64,000 bases of DNA from an uncultured Verrucomicrobia subdivision 3 bacterium. GTDB taxonomy: Bacteria > Verrucomicrobiota > Verrucomicrobiia > Limisphaerales > UBA11358. The position numbers were made by a program, and so were the translations under genes. Of this stretch, positions 27,860 to 37,893 are shown piece by piece. The stretch spans positions 358-64,357 of the forward strand of contig CAISEZ010000067.1 in the NCBI GenBank assembly GCA_903884535.1, given 5' to 3'. Position 1 is the stretch's first letter. Each line of letters begins with the position of its first letter. Below the pieces are notes generated by a model that was not told where the DNA came from, did no database searches, and worked only from the letters and a program-made list of their open reading frames with translations.

Positions 27860-29086
27860 TCAGGCGAAGTAGCGCTCGGCGCGACGGATGATTTCCGGAT
27901 AGTCCGTCTTGGCGTGGCAGCCATCGCGCAACGCGGCGAGATCCACCTGCGAAGCATCCCGAACGGACGCCGGCAGCGCCTGGTAATAGTCGCGCGCCTC
28001 GAGGTTGCCGTCCTGTTCGTAGTAGGTGACGAACCGGGCGATGTCGTGGAAAGCAAAACCGGTTTGTTTGGCAAACGCCTCGCATGACGGACAGCCGGTG
28101 CACATGGTGCGGCGGCCGGCGAGCAGGGTTTCCCGGAGCAGTTCCATGTGCGCGAATTTGAGCGGCGCCTTGTAGCTGCGCGCGGCGGCGGTGCTGCTGG
28201 TCATCTGGTCCACGTTGTCAATCATGTTGCAGATGACGGAAATGCGCGGGTCGCTCCAGGCGGAATGCAGCACGGCCTGATGCGTGGTCAGGCCGAGCTT
28301 GTCGAGTTCCGGCAGGCGCTTCGGCACGTCCTTGGTGCTGCGCATCGTCTTCATCGCGACGAGGCCGATGCCGGCTTTGTGCGCGGCGTCAATCGCCTTG
28401 TCGAGCGGGCCGTCTTTGGGATAAAACGGATTGAACGCGAGCATGATGATGTCAATGAACCCGCCTTCTGCCGCCGCGTTCAAATAATCCGGCAACCGGC
28501 CGTCGTGACAGGAGAAACCGACCATTTTAACCTTGCCGGAGCTTTTCAATTTCTCGGCAACTTTTTTGTAGGCATCGCTCTTCGGCCAGTTCAAGGAATC
28601 CTCGCCGTATTCACGCGGGCCGAGACCGTGGATGTAAAACGCGTCGAGATAAGTCGTGCCGCACGCCGCAAGCCGCTTGTCAATCATCTCCAGCAACTGC
28701 TCCGGGCCTTGGTGAGGATGATCCTTGGAGACGAGAAAAATTTCCTTGCGGCGCTCCGGATATTTGGCGAGCCACTGGGCAAAGATCCCTTCCGACTTGC
28801 CCTTGAGATAACAATCAGCCGTGTCGAAATAGCGGATGCCCATGGACCACGCGATGTCAATGTAGTCCGTGTTTAGTGCGGCCATCATGCCGCCCATGCA
28901 GAGCATCGTGACCGCCGGTCCGCTATTGCCAAGCTGACGGCGCGGCAGCGCATCGGTGGACGCGGGCACCTCGGCAGCCATGGCGGCTTGCGTGAACAGC
29001 GACGGCGCAGCGGCCAGCGCGACGGGCAACGACATGGTGGATTTGAGAAAGTTACGGCGGGAAGTGGGCGGCAGGTTTTCTTTCAT
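27860..29086 (-). CDS. Tat-exported aldo/keto reductase with C-terminal CxxCxxC motif
   Basis: Twin-arginine signal SRRNFLKSTMSLPVALAAAP, an AKR core (IRYFDTADCYLKGKSE) and a C-terminal MCTGCPSCE cysteine motif. Confidence 0.8.
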   Translation of the reverse strand: MKENLPPTSRRNFLKSTMSLPVALAAAPSLFTQAAMAAEVPASTDALPRRQLGNSGPAVTMLCMGGMMAALNTDYIDIAWSMGIRYFDTADCYLKGKSEGIFAQWLAKYPERRKEIFLVSKDHPHQGPEQLLEMIDKRLAACGTTYLDAFYIHGLGPREYGEDSLNWPKSDAYKKVAEKLKSSGKVKMVGFSCHDGRLPDYLNAAAEGGFIDIIMLAFNPFYPKDGPLDKAIDAAHKAGIGLVAMKTMRSTKDVPKRLPELDKLGLTTHQAVLHSAWSDPRISVICNMIDNVDQMTSSTAAARSYKAPLKFAHMELLRETLLAGRRTMCTGCPSCEAFAKQTGFAFHDIARFVTYYEQDGNLEARDYYQALPASVRDASQVDLAALRDGCHAKTDYPEIIRRAERYFA

Positions 29087-29107
29087 AGCAGGCTGTTTTT
29101 TTCCACC

Positions 29108-29803
29108 CTAGCATCTGCCGAAAAAACTGCAATCCGATTTGAACCCCATTGCCAAGGTCACCCCCCCCTGTTTGCGGGCCAATTTCATGACCGCCTCGGT
29201 CTGGCTGTGAACATGCAACTTCTCATAGATGCGTTGAATGTAAGTGCGCACAGTGCTGAGGCTGATGCCCAGTTCGTTGGCTATTTCCTTGTAGGGATGA
29301 CCGCGGGAGAGCGACTGGAGCACCTCCAATTCGCGGGCGGTGAGCGATTCGGTTTCCTCGCAGGCGGCGGCATTTGCGGCAGCGTGGGATTGAAACGATT
29401 GCACGACTTTGCGGGCAATGTGGCCGGACATCGGCGAGCCGCCGTCAAACACCTCGCGGATGGCCTCGAGAATTTTCGCCGGGCGATTGCTCTTCACCAG
29501 ATAACCAAATGCTCCCGCCGATAAAGCCTGAAAAACCTGTTCCCCTTCCTCGAAGACGGTCAGCATAATGATCTTCAGCGTCGGCGTAACTTTGCGTAAC
29601 TTTGCGACGCATTCAATGCCGCTCATGCCGGGCAGGTTGATGTCCATCAGCACAACATCCGGCAGATGCAGCGGCAGGTCGGCCAGCGCGGCTTCGGCAT
29701 TCGCGTAGGCTTTCAGACAGCGATAACCCGGCTGTCCGGCAAAATAACGCACCAACGTTTCACGCAGCTTGGCATCGTCTTCGACAATGGAAACTTTTAT
29801 CAT
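29108..29803 (-). CDS. NarL/LuxR-family response regulator
   Basis: Receiver domain (IVEDD...VVLMDINLPGMSG) and a LuxR helix-turn-helix (LTARELEVLQSLSRGHPYKEIANELGISLSTVRTYIQRIYEKL). The start is set at MIKVSIVEDD. Confidence 0.9.
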   Translation of the reverse strand: MIKVSIVEDDAKLRETLVRYFAGQPGYRCLKAYANAEAALADLPLHLPDVVLMDINLPGMSGIECVAKLRKVTPTLKIIMLTVFEEGEQVFQALSAGAFGYLVKSNRPAKILEAIREVFDGGSPMSGHIARKVVQSFQSHAAANAAACEETESLTARELEVLQSLSRGHPYKEIANELGISLSTVRTYIQRIYEKLHVHSQTEAVMKLARKQGGVTLAMGFKSDCSFFGRC

Positions 29804-29947
29804 CGTGGATTCAAGGACGGCGACCGGATCGAGCCGCGTCACTGCCGAATTTACCACACCCATGTCTGGAACCATATTCATTTTCTACTGCCATCGTAGC
29901 CGGAAGCCGGATCAGCGGATAGTCGGATAAAGTGTGGACAAGCCGGA

Positions 29948-32900
29948 TCATGGTGCCGCCTCGGGGTTGCGGGGCGCCTGGAAAACGATGCGTGTGCCCT
30001 GCCCGGGCGTGCTGGTGCATTCCACCTGCCCGCCGACGCTGCGCAAACGTTCCTTCATGTTTCCCAAACCATTGCCGCCCCCCGCGCGCTTCGGCGGGGC
30101 CGCCACATCAAAACCAGCACCGTCGTCTTCGATGATAATTTTGAATTCATTCCCGGCGAGTGCCAACTGCACCCGCACGCGCCGGGCGTTGGCATGTTTA
30201 AGCACGTTGGTAAAAGCCTCCTTGGCGGCCAGAAAAACCTGATGCCGAACCTCGGTCGGCAACCCACAATTCGGCATTTCCGGCGGCAGATCGAAAACGC
30301 ATCGCACAAGACTGCCGTCAAAATAATCCTCCGCATATCGGCAGAGATAATTCACCAAATCGGCCAGCGTGTCATTGCGGGGATTGACGGCCCAGACCAC
30401 TTCCTCAAAGGAGCGAATGGTTTCGCGCGCGGTATCGGAAATCTCCTTCACATCGCCACTCGCGGTGGCCGGCAAGTCGGGGTTGCCTCCGGCCATCTCG
30501 CTCAACAGCGAAAGGCGCGTCAGCTTCGCGCCGACTTCATCGTGCATGTCGCGGGCAATGCGGGCGCGTTCCCGTTCCAGCGCCGACTGCTGCTCCAACC
30601 GCAGCATGCGCAGCCGCAGCCGGCGGAAAGAAACATAGCGCACAATCGCCACCACGCTCGCGGTGAAGGCGAGCAGCACCAGTGCGCGAAACCACCATTC
30701 CTGCCAGAAGAATGGCGCCACCACAATGGCCACCACCGCGCCGGTGTCGTTCCAAACGCCGGCATTGTTGCAGGCCAGCACGCGGAAGCGGTAATCGCCG
30801 GCCAGCAGATGGGGATACCGCGCGCTGCGTTCCGCTTTGCCTGCGTCCAGCCATTTTTCATCATAGTTTTCGAGGCGATAGCGGAATCGGACATTTTCCG
30901 GCGAGGCGAAACTCAAGGCGGCAAATTCAAATTCCACCTTGCGATGGCCAGGGGGAATGTGCAGCACCGCGTCGGCTTGGCGCAGATCGGGCAAGCCGGT
31001 GCCGTCCTCGGTTTGCACTGGCGAACCGCCGGCATAGAGCGCCGCCGTTTGGTCATCCACTTGCGCGCGTTCCACGACCACCGGCGGCGGCGCGGGATTG
31101 GCGCGGATGTTTTCCGGCTGCACCGTCAGCAGGCCGCTGCGCAGGGCAAACCACAAGCGTCCGTCATCGGCCTTGCAGACGTTGGGAAAGCTAGAAGTGT
31201 TTGGCTGAAAATTCGGCAACCCTTCGTTTCGGCCGAAGACCTGCGAGCGCAATTTTCCCGGCCGACCGCCGGCCACCGCCGCCAGTTCATTCGATTGCAC
31301 CTGGAACACGCCGCGGTTGCCAACGATCCAGAGATTTCCGCTCCGGTCCGCCAAAAGTTGCGAGGCGAAATCATCCATCAAACCATCGGCCTCGGTGATA
31401 CGGGTCATTTTCCCCGCCTGTAACCGGCCAATGCCCGCGCCGGCATAGCCCACCCACAAAGCCCCGTCGGCCGTGGTTTCCAATGCCCGCACCGGCGAAC
31501 TGTTTTCCTGCATGACCGCCGTTTCGACAACCAGCGACGAATCTTCGACTCGCAAAACCTGTCCTTCCAGCGTGCCGACCCAGAGGGTGCCGTCGTCGCT
31601 CTCGGTCATTGCGCGGATGGTGTGATTCACGCCGGGCAGCGGTAACGGATCCGCCAACTTGCCGTCGCGCAGCCGTTGTATCCGGCTGGGCGAACCGGTG
31701 ACAACCCAAACATCGTCATTCGCGGCCACAAAAATCAGATGCACCGCCCCGCCCCGCAGATTGTTTGTCCGCTGCCAAGATTGCCAGACACCGTTGTGGA
31801 AAAAATTCAAAGTGCGGTTGCGGGCGCCGACCCACACGCCGCCTTTTTTGTCCGCCGCCACACACGTCGCCGCATCGTTCGTCCAACCGGCATCCGCCCC
31901 GAATATTTCCCATTTACCGTTTTGCAATTTTGACAAAGTTCCACTTTGCGAAGCGACCCACATGACGCCTTCCGTGTCCTGGCAGACGGACGCCACCGAT
32001 TCAAACGGCAGGCCCGCGTCGCGCCCGATTAGTTTGACGGCGCTGGAGCGGATGAAATTCAAACCGCCGCCACGCGTGCCTGCCCAAATGTTGCCTTCGC
32101 GATCTTCACTCACGCAGTTCACCGATTGATGTGAGGTGGGGACTTTTTCCAACACGCCGGCTTTGAACCGGAAGAGTCCGTCCGCCGCGGTGCCAATCCA
32201 CAACGCGCCCGCACGAGTTTCAAATAGCACTTGCGGTTCAACATTGTTGGTGAACCGCGCGAGTGCCAACGGCGTTTGATTTTCCTCATATTTCAACAGG
32301 CTGGAGCCGACGCAAAGCCACAAACCTGAATTCGCCGCCCCCAAAATGCGGACGGACGTTTCATTGAAGGATAATTTTTGCTGAAACCGGCCATCGCGAA
32401 AGACGCCCACCTGCCCGCCTTTGGAAAGCCACAATTCGCCGTTGGCATCGCTGCATACCCAAGCATTGACGCCCGCTGGCAAACCTTCCGACGTGGAAAA
32501 CCGGCTGACCTTGTCATTCTTGATCCGGCACAGCGCGCCGGAAGAAATAATCCAGATCGCGCCTTCGCGATCCAGCGCCATGGACGTGATCCGCTCGGCG
32601 GACAACCCGTCGGCGGTGCCGAAGGTCCGCACTTTGTTGGCCTCCAAACAAATCACCGCCCCGGAATCCATCCCCAGCCAGAAATTTCCGTGAGGATCTA
32701 TCAGCATCGCGCGCACGGATTTTTTTAGCAGGCTCGGCAGCGGCACTGCCGAAAAACTCGTGCCATTGAAACGCATCAATCCGCCGTAGGTTGCCACCCA
32801 CAAATAACCGTCGGCAGTTTGCGCCACCCCCGTGACACTGTTGTCCGGCAAACCGTCTTCCGTCTGCCAGGCGCGAAACGACCAGTGGGACGTATCCGTC

Positions 32901-32983
32901 GCCACTTGAGCGCGCCCGAACTGCAAAGCAAAAACCAATGGCAACAAAAGCAAAAAAATCAAATATCTAAAGCGAACGGGCAT
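29948..32983 (-). CDS. sensor histidine kinase with periplasmic beta-propeller (Reg_prop repeats) and Y_Y_Y domain
   Basis: A signal or TM segment, then many repeats of the DGxLWVGTxxGL type, then Y_Y_Y-like FRYRLENYDEKW and a TM helix. The HisKA_3 H-box is ARDMHDEVGAKLTRL and the HATPase motif is DDGAGF...GGNGLGNMKERL. Confidence 0.9.
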   Translation of the reverse strand: MPVRFRYLIFLLLLPLVFALQFGRAQVATDTSHWSFRAWQTEDGLPDNSVTGVAQTADGYLWVATYGGLMRFNGTSFSAVPLPSLLKKSVRAMLIDPHGNFWLGMDSGAVICLEANKVRTFGTADGLSAERITSMALDREGAIWIISSGALCRIKNDKVSRFSTSEGLPAGVNAWVCSDANGELWLSKGGQVGVFRDGRFQQKLSFNETSVRILGAANSGLWLCVGSSLLKYEENQTPLALARFTNNVEPQVLFETRAGALWIGTAADGLFRFKAGVLEKVPTSHQSVNCVSEDREGNIWAGTRGGGLNFIRSSAVKLIGRDAGLPFESVASVCQDTEGVMWVASQSGTLSKLQNGKWEIFGADAGWTNDAATCVAADKKGGVWVGARNRTLNFFHNGVWQSWQRTNNLRGGAVHLIFVAANDDVWVVTGSPSRIQRLRDGKLADPLPLPGVNHTIRAMTESDDGTLWVGTLEGQVLRVEDSSLVVETAVMQENSSPVRALETTADGALWVGYAGAGIGRLQAGKMTRITEADGLMDDFASQLLADRSGNLWIVGNRGVFQVQSNELAAVAGGRPGKLRSQVFGRNEGLPNFQPNTSSFPNVCKADDGRLWFALRSGLLTVQPENIRANPAPPPVVVERAQVDDQTAALYAGGSPVQTEDGTGLPDLRQADAVLHIPPGHRKVEFEFAALSFASPENVRFRYRLENYDEKWLDAGKAERSARYPHLLAGDYRFRVLACNNAGVWNDTGAVVAIVVAPFFWQEWWFRALVLLAFTASVVAIVRYVSFRRLRLRMLRLEQQSALERERARIARDMHDEVGAKLTRLSLLSEMAGGNPDLPATASGDVKEISDTARETIRSFEEVVWAVNPRNDTLADLVNYLCRYAEDYFDGSLVRCVFDLPPEMPNCGLPTEVRHQVFLAAKEAFTNVLKHANARRVRVQLALAGNEFKIIIEDDGAGFDVAAPPKRAGGGNGLGNMKERLRSVGGQVECTSTPGQGTRIVFQAPRNPEAAP

Positions 32984-33086
32984 GATTCAATTTTAAATAA
33001 GAATGCGCTCCGCACAAGATTTGATGCAGGCACAAAAAGCGCCGCCGCGGTGTGAAGCCGTCTGATAAATAGCTTTGTTCATAATT

Positions 33087-34511
33087 TTATCGCGCGGTCA
33101 CTACATGACTGTCGGCAATAGATTTTGAGGACTTCACATAATCCACGGTCATATTTTGAGGAGTGACAGTGACCCGCACATGGCCCGAGTTGCCGCGAAA
33201 CACGCCCTGTTTATAGCCATAATTTTGCAAATCGCGGATGCGGTCGTCGCCGGCGAAGCTCGGTTGCGGCACCATCAGATACAAAATGCCGTCGAGTTCC
33301 TGTCGCGCGTAGAAATTGTCGTGCGCCCGGAAAACCGCGGTGACGTGGTTTTGCAAAAGCAATTTGTGAACCGGCATCGGCCAGCCGGGGCGATGCTGCG
33401 CGAAGCCCTCGCTGCTGTCAGAGTTTTTTCCGCCCCATTCATTGAACCCGGCAATTTCGACGCCGCCGCGTGAAGCCTGATCGCCGGCAAGCAGGTTGTG
33501 AATGAAAATGAATTTGTATTTCGCCGGGCTGCCCGCAAGTGTTTTTGCAAGCCAGTCGTATTGCTCGCGGCCGAGCGACCACGCCCAGCCGTCGCTGGTG
33601 CGCCCGCCCGAACGGAGTGAATAACGATACGGATCAAGCACCACGAACAGCGCATCGCCCCACGTCCACGAATAATAATTTTCCAGCAAGCCGCTCGGCG
33701 GTTTGGGAATGGAATCGCCAGAATAAAAACCATCAGGCACGGGATTCGGAAAATATTTTTTGCGGAGCGCGTTGGACCAGACGGCAAGGTCGTCGGGCGA
33801 ATCGTCGTCATAGCGGCTGCTTTCGCCGTCATGCACGCCCAGCGCAAGAAACAGCGGCGCACCGATCTGGCCGAGATAAAACCGCTGCGCGAAATATTGT
33901 CGTGCCGCCTCGTCGCGCGTGGCATGCTTGTCGGTCATAAACAGATTGCCGAGATCAATGTGAAAATCCGGCGCATCGGCGCGGATGTTGGCGAGCGATT
34001 GCTCATACACTTGCGCACTGGTGTGTTCGTCCAGGTGCACATCGGCAGTCATCGTGAACGTGAAACTACTTCCCGCCGGTCGCGCGGTGTGGAAAGAAAA
34101 TTCTGTGCGGTCTTTGAACTGTGCCGCACCAACTGCCCGCGAATGGAATTGGAAAATATATTTCGTATCCGCTTGCAATGAACCGATGACGAATACAAAT
34201 GGCACGCCCGCCTTGAGTTGGCGCGTCGCCGTTTGATTGGTGCCAGCGCCGGGTTGCATCCGATATGTCACAAAACCTTCCAGGTCGTGATATGCCAGCG
34301 CGCTCAACGTCACCGAATTATTTTCCGGTCGCGCGAGAATAAAATCGTAATCATGCGCGGGCACGGCGACGTTGAAAACATTGGCGCCCGATTGTGCGCG
34401 ATGCCCATGCGCCAGCTTGATGTCATTGGTGGGTGCGCCAAACCCGGACAAAGGAACAAGGCAAAGCAACAGGCGGCAGCTTGTCAAAATTTTATGAATG
34501 TCGGTGATCAC
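33087..34511 (-). CDS. secreted metallophosphoesterase-like protein with degenerate metal-binding motifs (paralog 1)
   Basis: It is clearly homologous to the ORFs at 36330-37880 and 41894-44419 (WTWGDALFVVLDPY, AKYKFIFIH, HRPGWPMPVH, SGHVRVTVTP). The canonical motifs are altered: GD to GN, GNH to GVH, and GHDH to AHDN. Confidence 0.7.
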   Translation of the reverse strand: MITDIHKILTSCRLLLCLVPLSGFGAPTNDIKLAHGHRAQSGANVFNVAVPAHDYDFILARPENNSVTLSALAYHDLEGFVTYRMQPGAGTNQTATRQLKAGVPFVFVIGSLQADTKYIFQFHSRAVGAAQFKDRTEFSFHTARPAGSSFTFTMTADVHLDEHTSAQVYEQSLANIRADAPDFHIDLGNLFMTDKHATRDEAARQYFAQRFYLGQIGAPLFLALGVHDGESSRYDDDSPDDLAVWSNALRKKYFPNPVPDGFYSGDSIPKPPSGLLENYYSWTWGDALFVVLDPYRYSLRSGGRTSDGWAWSLGREQYDWLAKTLAGSPAKYKFIFIHNLLAGDQASRGGVEIAGFNEWGGKNSDSSEGFAQHRPGWPMPVHKLLLQNHVTAVFRAHDNFYARQELDGILYLMVPQPSFAGDDRIRDLQNYGYKQGVFRGNSGHVRVTVTPQNMTVDYVKSSKSIADSHVVTAR

Positions 34512-34558
34512 AATTCGCCGTGGAAAACGTTTTTAAGGAGGATTGGGAACATGGGCAA

Positions 34559-36304
34559 TCAAGGGAGGGCCACGCCAATGCGGTAGAAACGCTGGGAACT
34601 GGCCGTGTTGGTGTCGCCGAGGAAGTCCACGCCACCGCTGCCGGCGAGATTGGTTTGCGTCGAGACCGGATTCCATGCGCCGGCGGTCAGGCTGGTGGCG
34701 TAAAACAGAGAGTATTTCCGGCTGGCCGAGGATTGATAATAGACCTTAATGCCGCCGGCGTTGGTGACGCTTTGAATCTTGAAATACGAAAGCGCATTCG
34801 TGGGATTAGTGTCGGCAACGTATTCGTTAAAATTGCTCACGCCGTCATGATCCGGGTCGCCACCGGCACAAGAGGCGGCGTTCGTCGTGGTGCCGCTACC
34901 ACCGAAGTATTGTCGCCGCCAGCCGTCGGGGATGCCGTCGCCGACGTGATCCACGCTGCTGTAGTTTCCGCCGCGCACCAACCGGACAAAATTAAAACTA
35001 CGAATCGCATCGCCTTGCGGACCGAATGAATATCCCTTGTAAACCACACCATTGTTGGTGACGAAATAAGTGATGGCGGGGAAGCTGTAAGGCGGCCCGG
35101 TCTTTGGATCACTGCGCTGCGCACCGGCACCGTGGACATCCACCCATTTGGGATTGGTGGACGGCCAGCCGAGCGCCCGGCCAAAGGCGACATAGTCTGC
35201 ATCCGTGCCGCCGGTGTTGTTGGTGCTGTAGCCGCCATGAGTGGTGGAAGTCCAGTAATACGGAAAATCCCGCTGCCCGGCCTCGTTGGTGATGACGGAG
35301 CAGGTGAAGTAATTTGTATCAACCGCCGGCAGGCCGTTGTAGTCGGGCGCATTCGAGTAGTTGACGATGCTTTGCAGTTCCTTGACGTTTGGCATTCGCC
35401 AGTCATTGTGACCAAGATACGTTGCGGTGTTCTGCGCCTGCACCCAGGCCAGAGCGTTCGACCAGAGAATGCCCGACGCATTATCAGTTTGCGACCATGT
35501 GAGTCCGGTGGCCACATCGGTAATGGTTCCATCCCCGTTGTTGGTGAAGTTGTTCATACCATAGTTCGTTCCAGCACGGACCAATTGCACATAAAATGTC
35601 TTGAGCGTATGGCTCAAAACATCCGTCTCGTCATAACCCTTGATGCGGCCGTCAGAGAAATTCACGCCGAAATCTTTTTCGAAGCCGGATTCGCTGGGGT
35701 CAAAAATAAACGTGGTGCTCGAAGCATACTGCTGGTCAATCAGCCGTTCGCCGAGAGCAGTGTTGCCATAGGCGAACAGAAAATAGTTCGTGTTGATAAA
35801 CGGCGTCAGGACGGAAGTGTCCGAACCCGTGTAACTGCTCGGATCCGTGCCGCGACAATCAAAGAGCGCATACAATTCCTTGAGCGTCGGCAGCCGCCAG
35901 TCGCTGAAGCCGCCCCAGTTGGTGGCGTTCACTTTCGTGACCCACGCGGGAATGTTGGTAAAAACCATCCGGTCGGTTTTGACGGGCGGCGTGAGCGTGA
36001 GATTCGGGCTGCGCATCCAAGTCAGACCCGTGTTGTTGTCGCGAACCGTCTTGCCATCGCCGCTCAGCGTGTAGCTGGACTGGTTGCCGAAGACCTGACC
36101 GTCCTGACCATAAAACGCCAGCCCCAACAATGGCGCATTGGTGATGCCGCTGGTGCTGTAACAGTTGGTCTGCATGGTATCTACGACGAACCAGGCAGGT
36201 GCGGCGGTGACATTACTGGCAGAACGTCCAACCGTCAGCAGTGCAAAAAAGATGAACCAGTTTTTCACGGCTTGATTCTGCGCGAAGAAACCTTTAGCAG
36301 ACAT
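34559..36304 (-). CDS. secreted DUF1566 (Lcl C-terminal-like) domain protein with FYRI C-terminal module
   Basis: Two DUF1566-type motifs (GLTWMRSP...FSDWRLPTLKELYALF and GLTWSQ...HNDWRMPNVKELQSIV), a GDPDHDGVSNFNEYVADTNPTNA calcium-binding-like linker, and the tail ...SQRFYRIGVALP. The start is set at MSAKGFF (36304). Confidence 0.7.
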   Translation of the reverse strand: MSAKGFFAQNQAVKNWFIFFALLTVGRSASNVTAAPAWFVVDTMQTNCYSTSGITNAPLLGLAFYGQDGQVFGNQSSYTLSGDGKTVRDNNTGLTWMRSPNLTLTPPVKTDRMVFTNIPAWVTKVNATNWGGFSDWRLPTLKELYALFDCRGTDPSSYTGSDTSVLTPFINTNYFLFAYGNTALGERLIDQQYASSTTFIFDPSESGFEKDFGVNFSDGRIKGYDETDVLSHTLKTFYVQLVRAGTNYGMNNFTNNGDGTITDVATGLTWSQTDNASGILWSNALAWVQAQNTATYLGHNDWRMPNVKELQSIVNYSNAPDYNGLPAVDTNYFTCSVITNEAGQRDFPYYWTSTTHGGYSTNNTGGTDADYVAFGRALGWPSTNPKWVDVHGAGAQRSDPKTGPPYSFPAITYFVTNNGVVYKGYSFGPQGDAIRSFNFVRLVRGGNYSSVDHVGDGIPDGWRRQYFGGSGTTTNAASCAGGDPDHDGVSNFNEYVADTNPTNALSYFKIQSVTNAGGIKVYYQSSASRKYSLFYATSLTAGAWNPVSTQTNLAGSGGVDFLGDTNTASSQRFYRIGVALP

Positions 36305-36329
36305 TAAGCCGGAAAATATTTTGCGGCAT

Positions 36330-37880
36330 TTACACATGAAGCACCTTTGCCTTAACGGTGTAACTGTGCGCGATGTCGCCGGTCTTATTCTGTGCCGTTT
36401 CGTCTTTCGGCAAAAAGCTGCGGACGTATTCCACCTTTACACTTTCCGGCGAGACGGTGACGCGCAAGTGACCGGAGTTCGGCAGCTTCACGCCAGATTG
36501 GTAGCGATCCTCATTGTAAGTCATGTAGCCGTGATCGGCCGGCATCGGCACTTCCTGGTAAACTATGCCGTCGCGTTCCTGCCGACAAAAAAGATGGTCG
36601 TGGCCCTGGAAAAAAATCGTGACGCCATGTTTCACCATGAGCTGATGCACCGGCAATTCCCAGCCGGGCCGACGTTCTTTGAATTCGTAGTCGCCGCGAC
36701 GATTTTTGCCGCCCCATTCATACAAATCACATTCGTCCACGCCGCCGCGACCGGTGCCGAGAACGTGATGCGCGAAGACAAATTTATATTTTGCCTTACT
36801 GGTTTCAAGCGTGCGTTTGAACCAATAATATTGCATGTCGCCAAGTGTTAGTTCCCACCAATCGCGTTGCCCGCGTCCAGCTTTGCCGCCGCCCATATCT
36901 TGCTCGCGAAACCCGCTGTCTACCTGCGCCGGGGAATGCCAGTAGTTGTCCAGGATCACAAACAATGCGTCGCCCCACGTCCACGCGCAATAATCTTTGC
37001 GTAGGCCAACCGACGGCAGCGTCTCGGTGTCGCCGGAATAAAACTTGTCCGGCGCCGGCGTGGGATAAAATTGGTTGCGCGCGTTTTGCACGTGAACGGC
37101 GACGGCGTGGCGTTCGTCGGTTTGATTGAAATTAAACAGCGACGCCTGTTCGTGATTTCCATTCAACAGAAACACCGGCGCAGACTGCGCGACGAGACCG
37201 AGAAACGGCCGTTGCAAAGTGTAGCGTTCAGCAACCGACTCAAAATTAACCTCGCGCACCGGCGTGACGCTGAAATCATCGCCCATGCAAATGTAAAAAT
37301 CCGGTTTGTCGGCGGCGGCGTTGAGCAAGGTGCGCGCATACAAGTTTGGTTCGCTCATCTGCGGACGTTCCGGATGCGAGTCGCCCTGAATCGCAAACGT
37401 AAACGTGTTGCCCGCCGCGCGCTGCGTGTGAAAACGGCACTCCGGTCGTGCGATGAAATTCGTTTCGCCCGGCTTGCGAAATTGCAGCCGGTAAAAATAC
37501 TGCGTGTTCGGCTGCAATTTCTCGAAAACGGTTTCGCCCGGTTTGTTCGCCGCAAACGTGAGCATGAAAGTTTTGTTCGAGTAATTCCCGGCCGAAGTTC
37601 CGTATTCAAAAAATCCTTCAATCGTTTCCTTGGCCAGCGAGTTCACAGACACCGCCTGATCGCTCACGCGGCCAAGCACCAGCGACAACCAACTGAACGA
37701 CGCGAGTTCTGGCGGCAGCACATAATCTTGCGCGTCGCGGTGATTGCGACCGCCGCCGCCGCCGCCAACTCTTCGGCGCTGGCCGGGTTCGTTGTTTTGC
37801 GCGGCTAGCGGCAGAGAAAACCACGCGAGCGTTGAAGACAGAAGCAGGAGGAATTTCCTACGATTAGCTGTGAATTTCAT
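36330..37880 (-). CDS. secreted metallophosphoesterase (paralog 2, intact motifs)
   Basis: A signal peptide is followed by GDSH, MGDDF, NGNHE, FAHH and GHDH, the full calcineurin-like phosphoesterase motif set. The start is set at MKFTANRRKF (37880). Confidence 0.75.
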   Translation of the reverse strand: MKFTANRRKFLLLLSSTLAWFSLPLAAQNNEPGQRRRVGGGGGGRNHRDAQDYVLPPELASFSWLSLVLGRVSDQAVSVNSLAKETIEGFFEYGTSAGNYSNKTFMLTFAANKPGETVFEKLQPNTQYFYRLQFRKPGETNFIARPECRFHTQRAAGNTFTFAIQGDSHPERPQMSEPNLYARTLLNAAADKPDFYICMGDDFSVTPVREVNFESVAERYTLQRPFLGLVAQSAPVFLLNGNHEQASLFNFNQTDERHAVAVHVQNARNQFYPTPAPDKFYSGDTETLPSVGLRKDYCAWTWGDALFVILDNYWHSPAQVDSGFREQDMGGGKAGRGQRDWWELTLGDMQYYWFKRTLETSKAKYKFVFAHHVLGTGRGGVDECDLYEWGGKNRRGDYEFKERRPGWELPVHQLMVKHGVTIFFQGHDHLFCRQERDGIVYQEVPMPADHGYMTYNEDRYQSGVKLPNSGHLRVTVSPESVKVEYVRSFLPKDETAQNKTGDIAHSYTVKAKVLHV

Positions 37881-37893
37881 GATTTCCTTTTGG

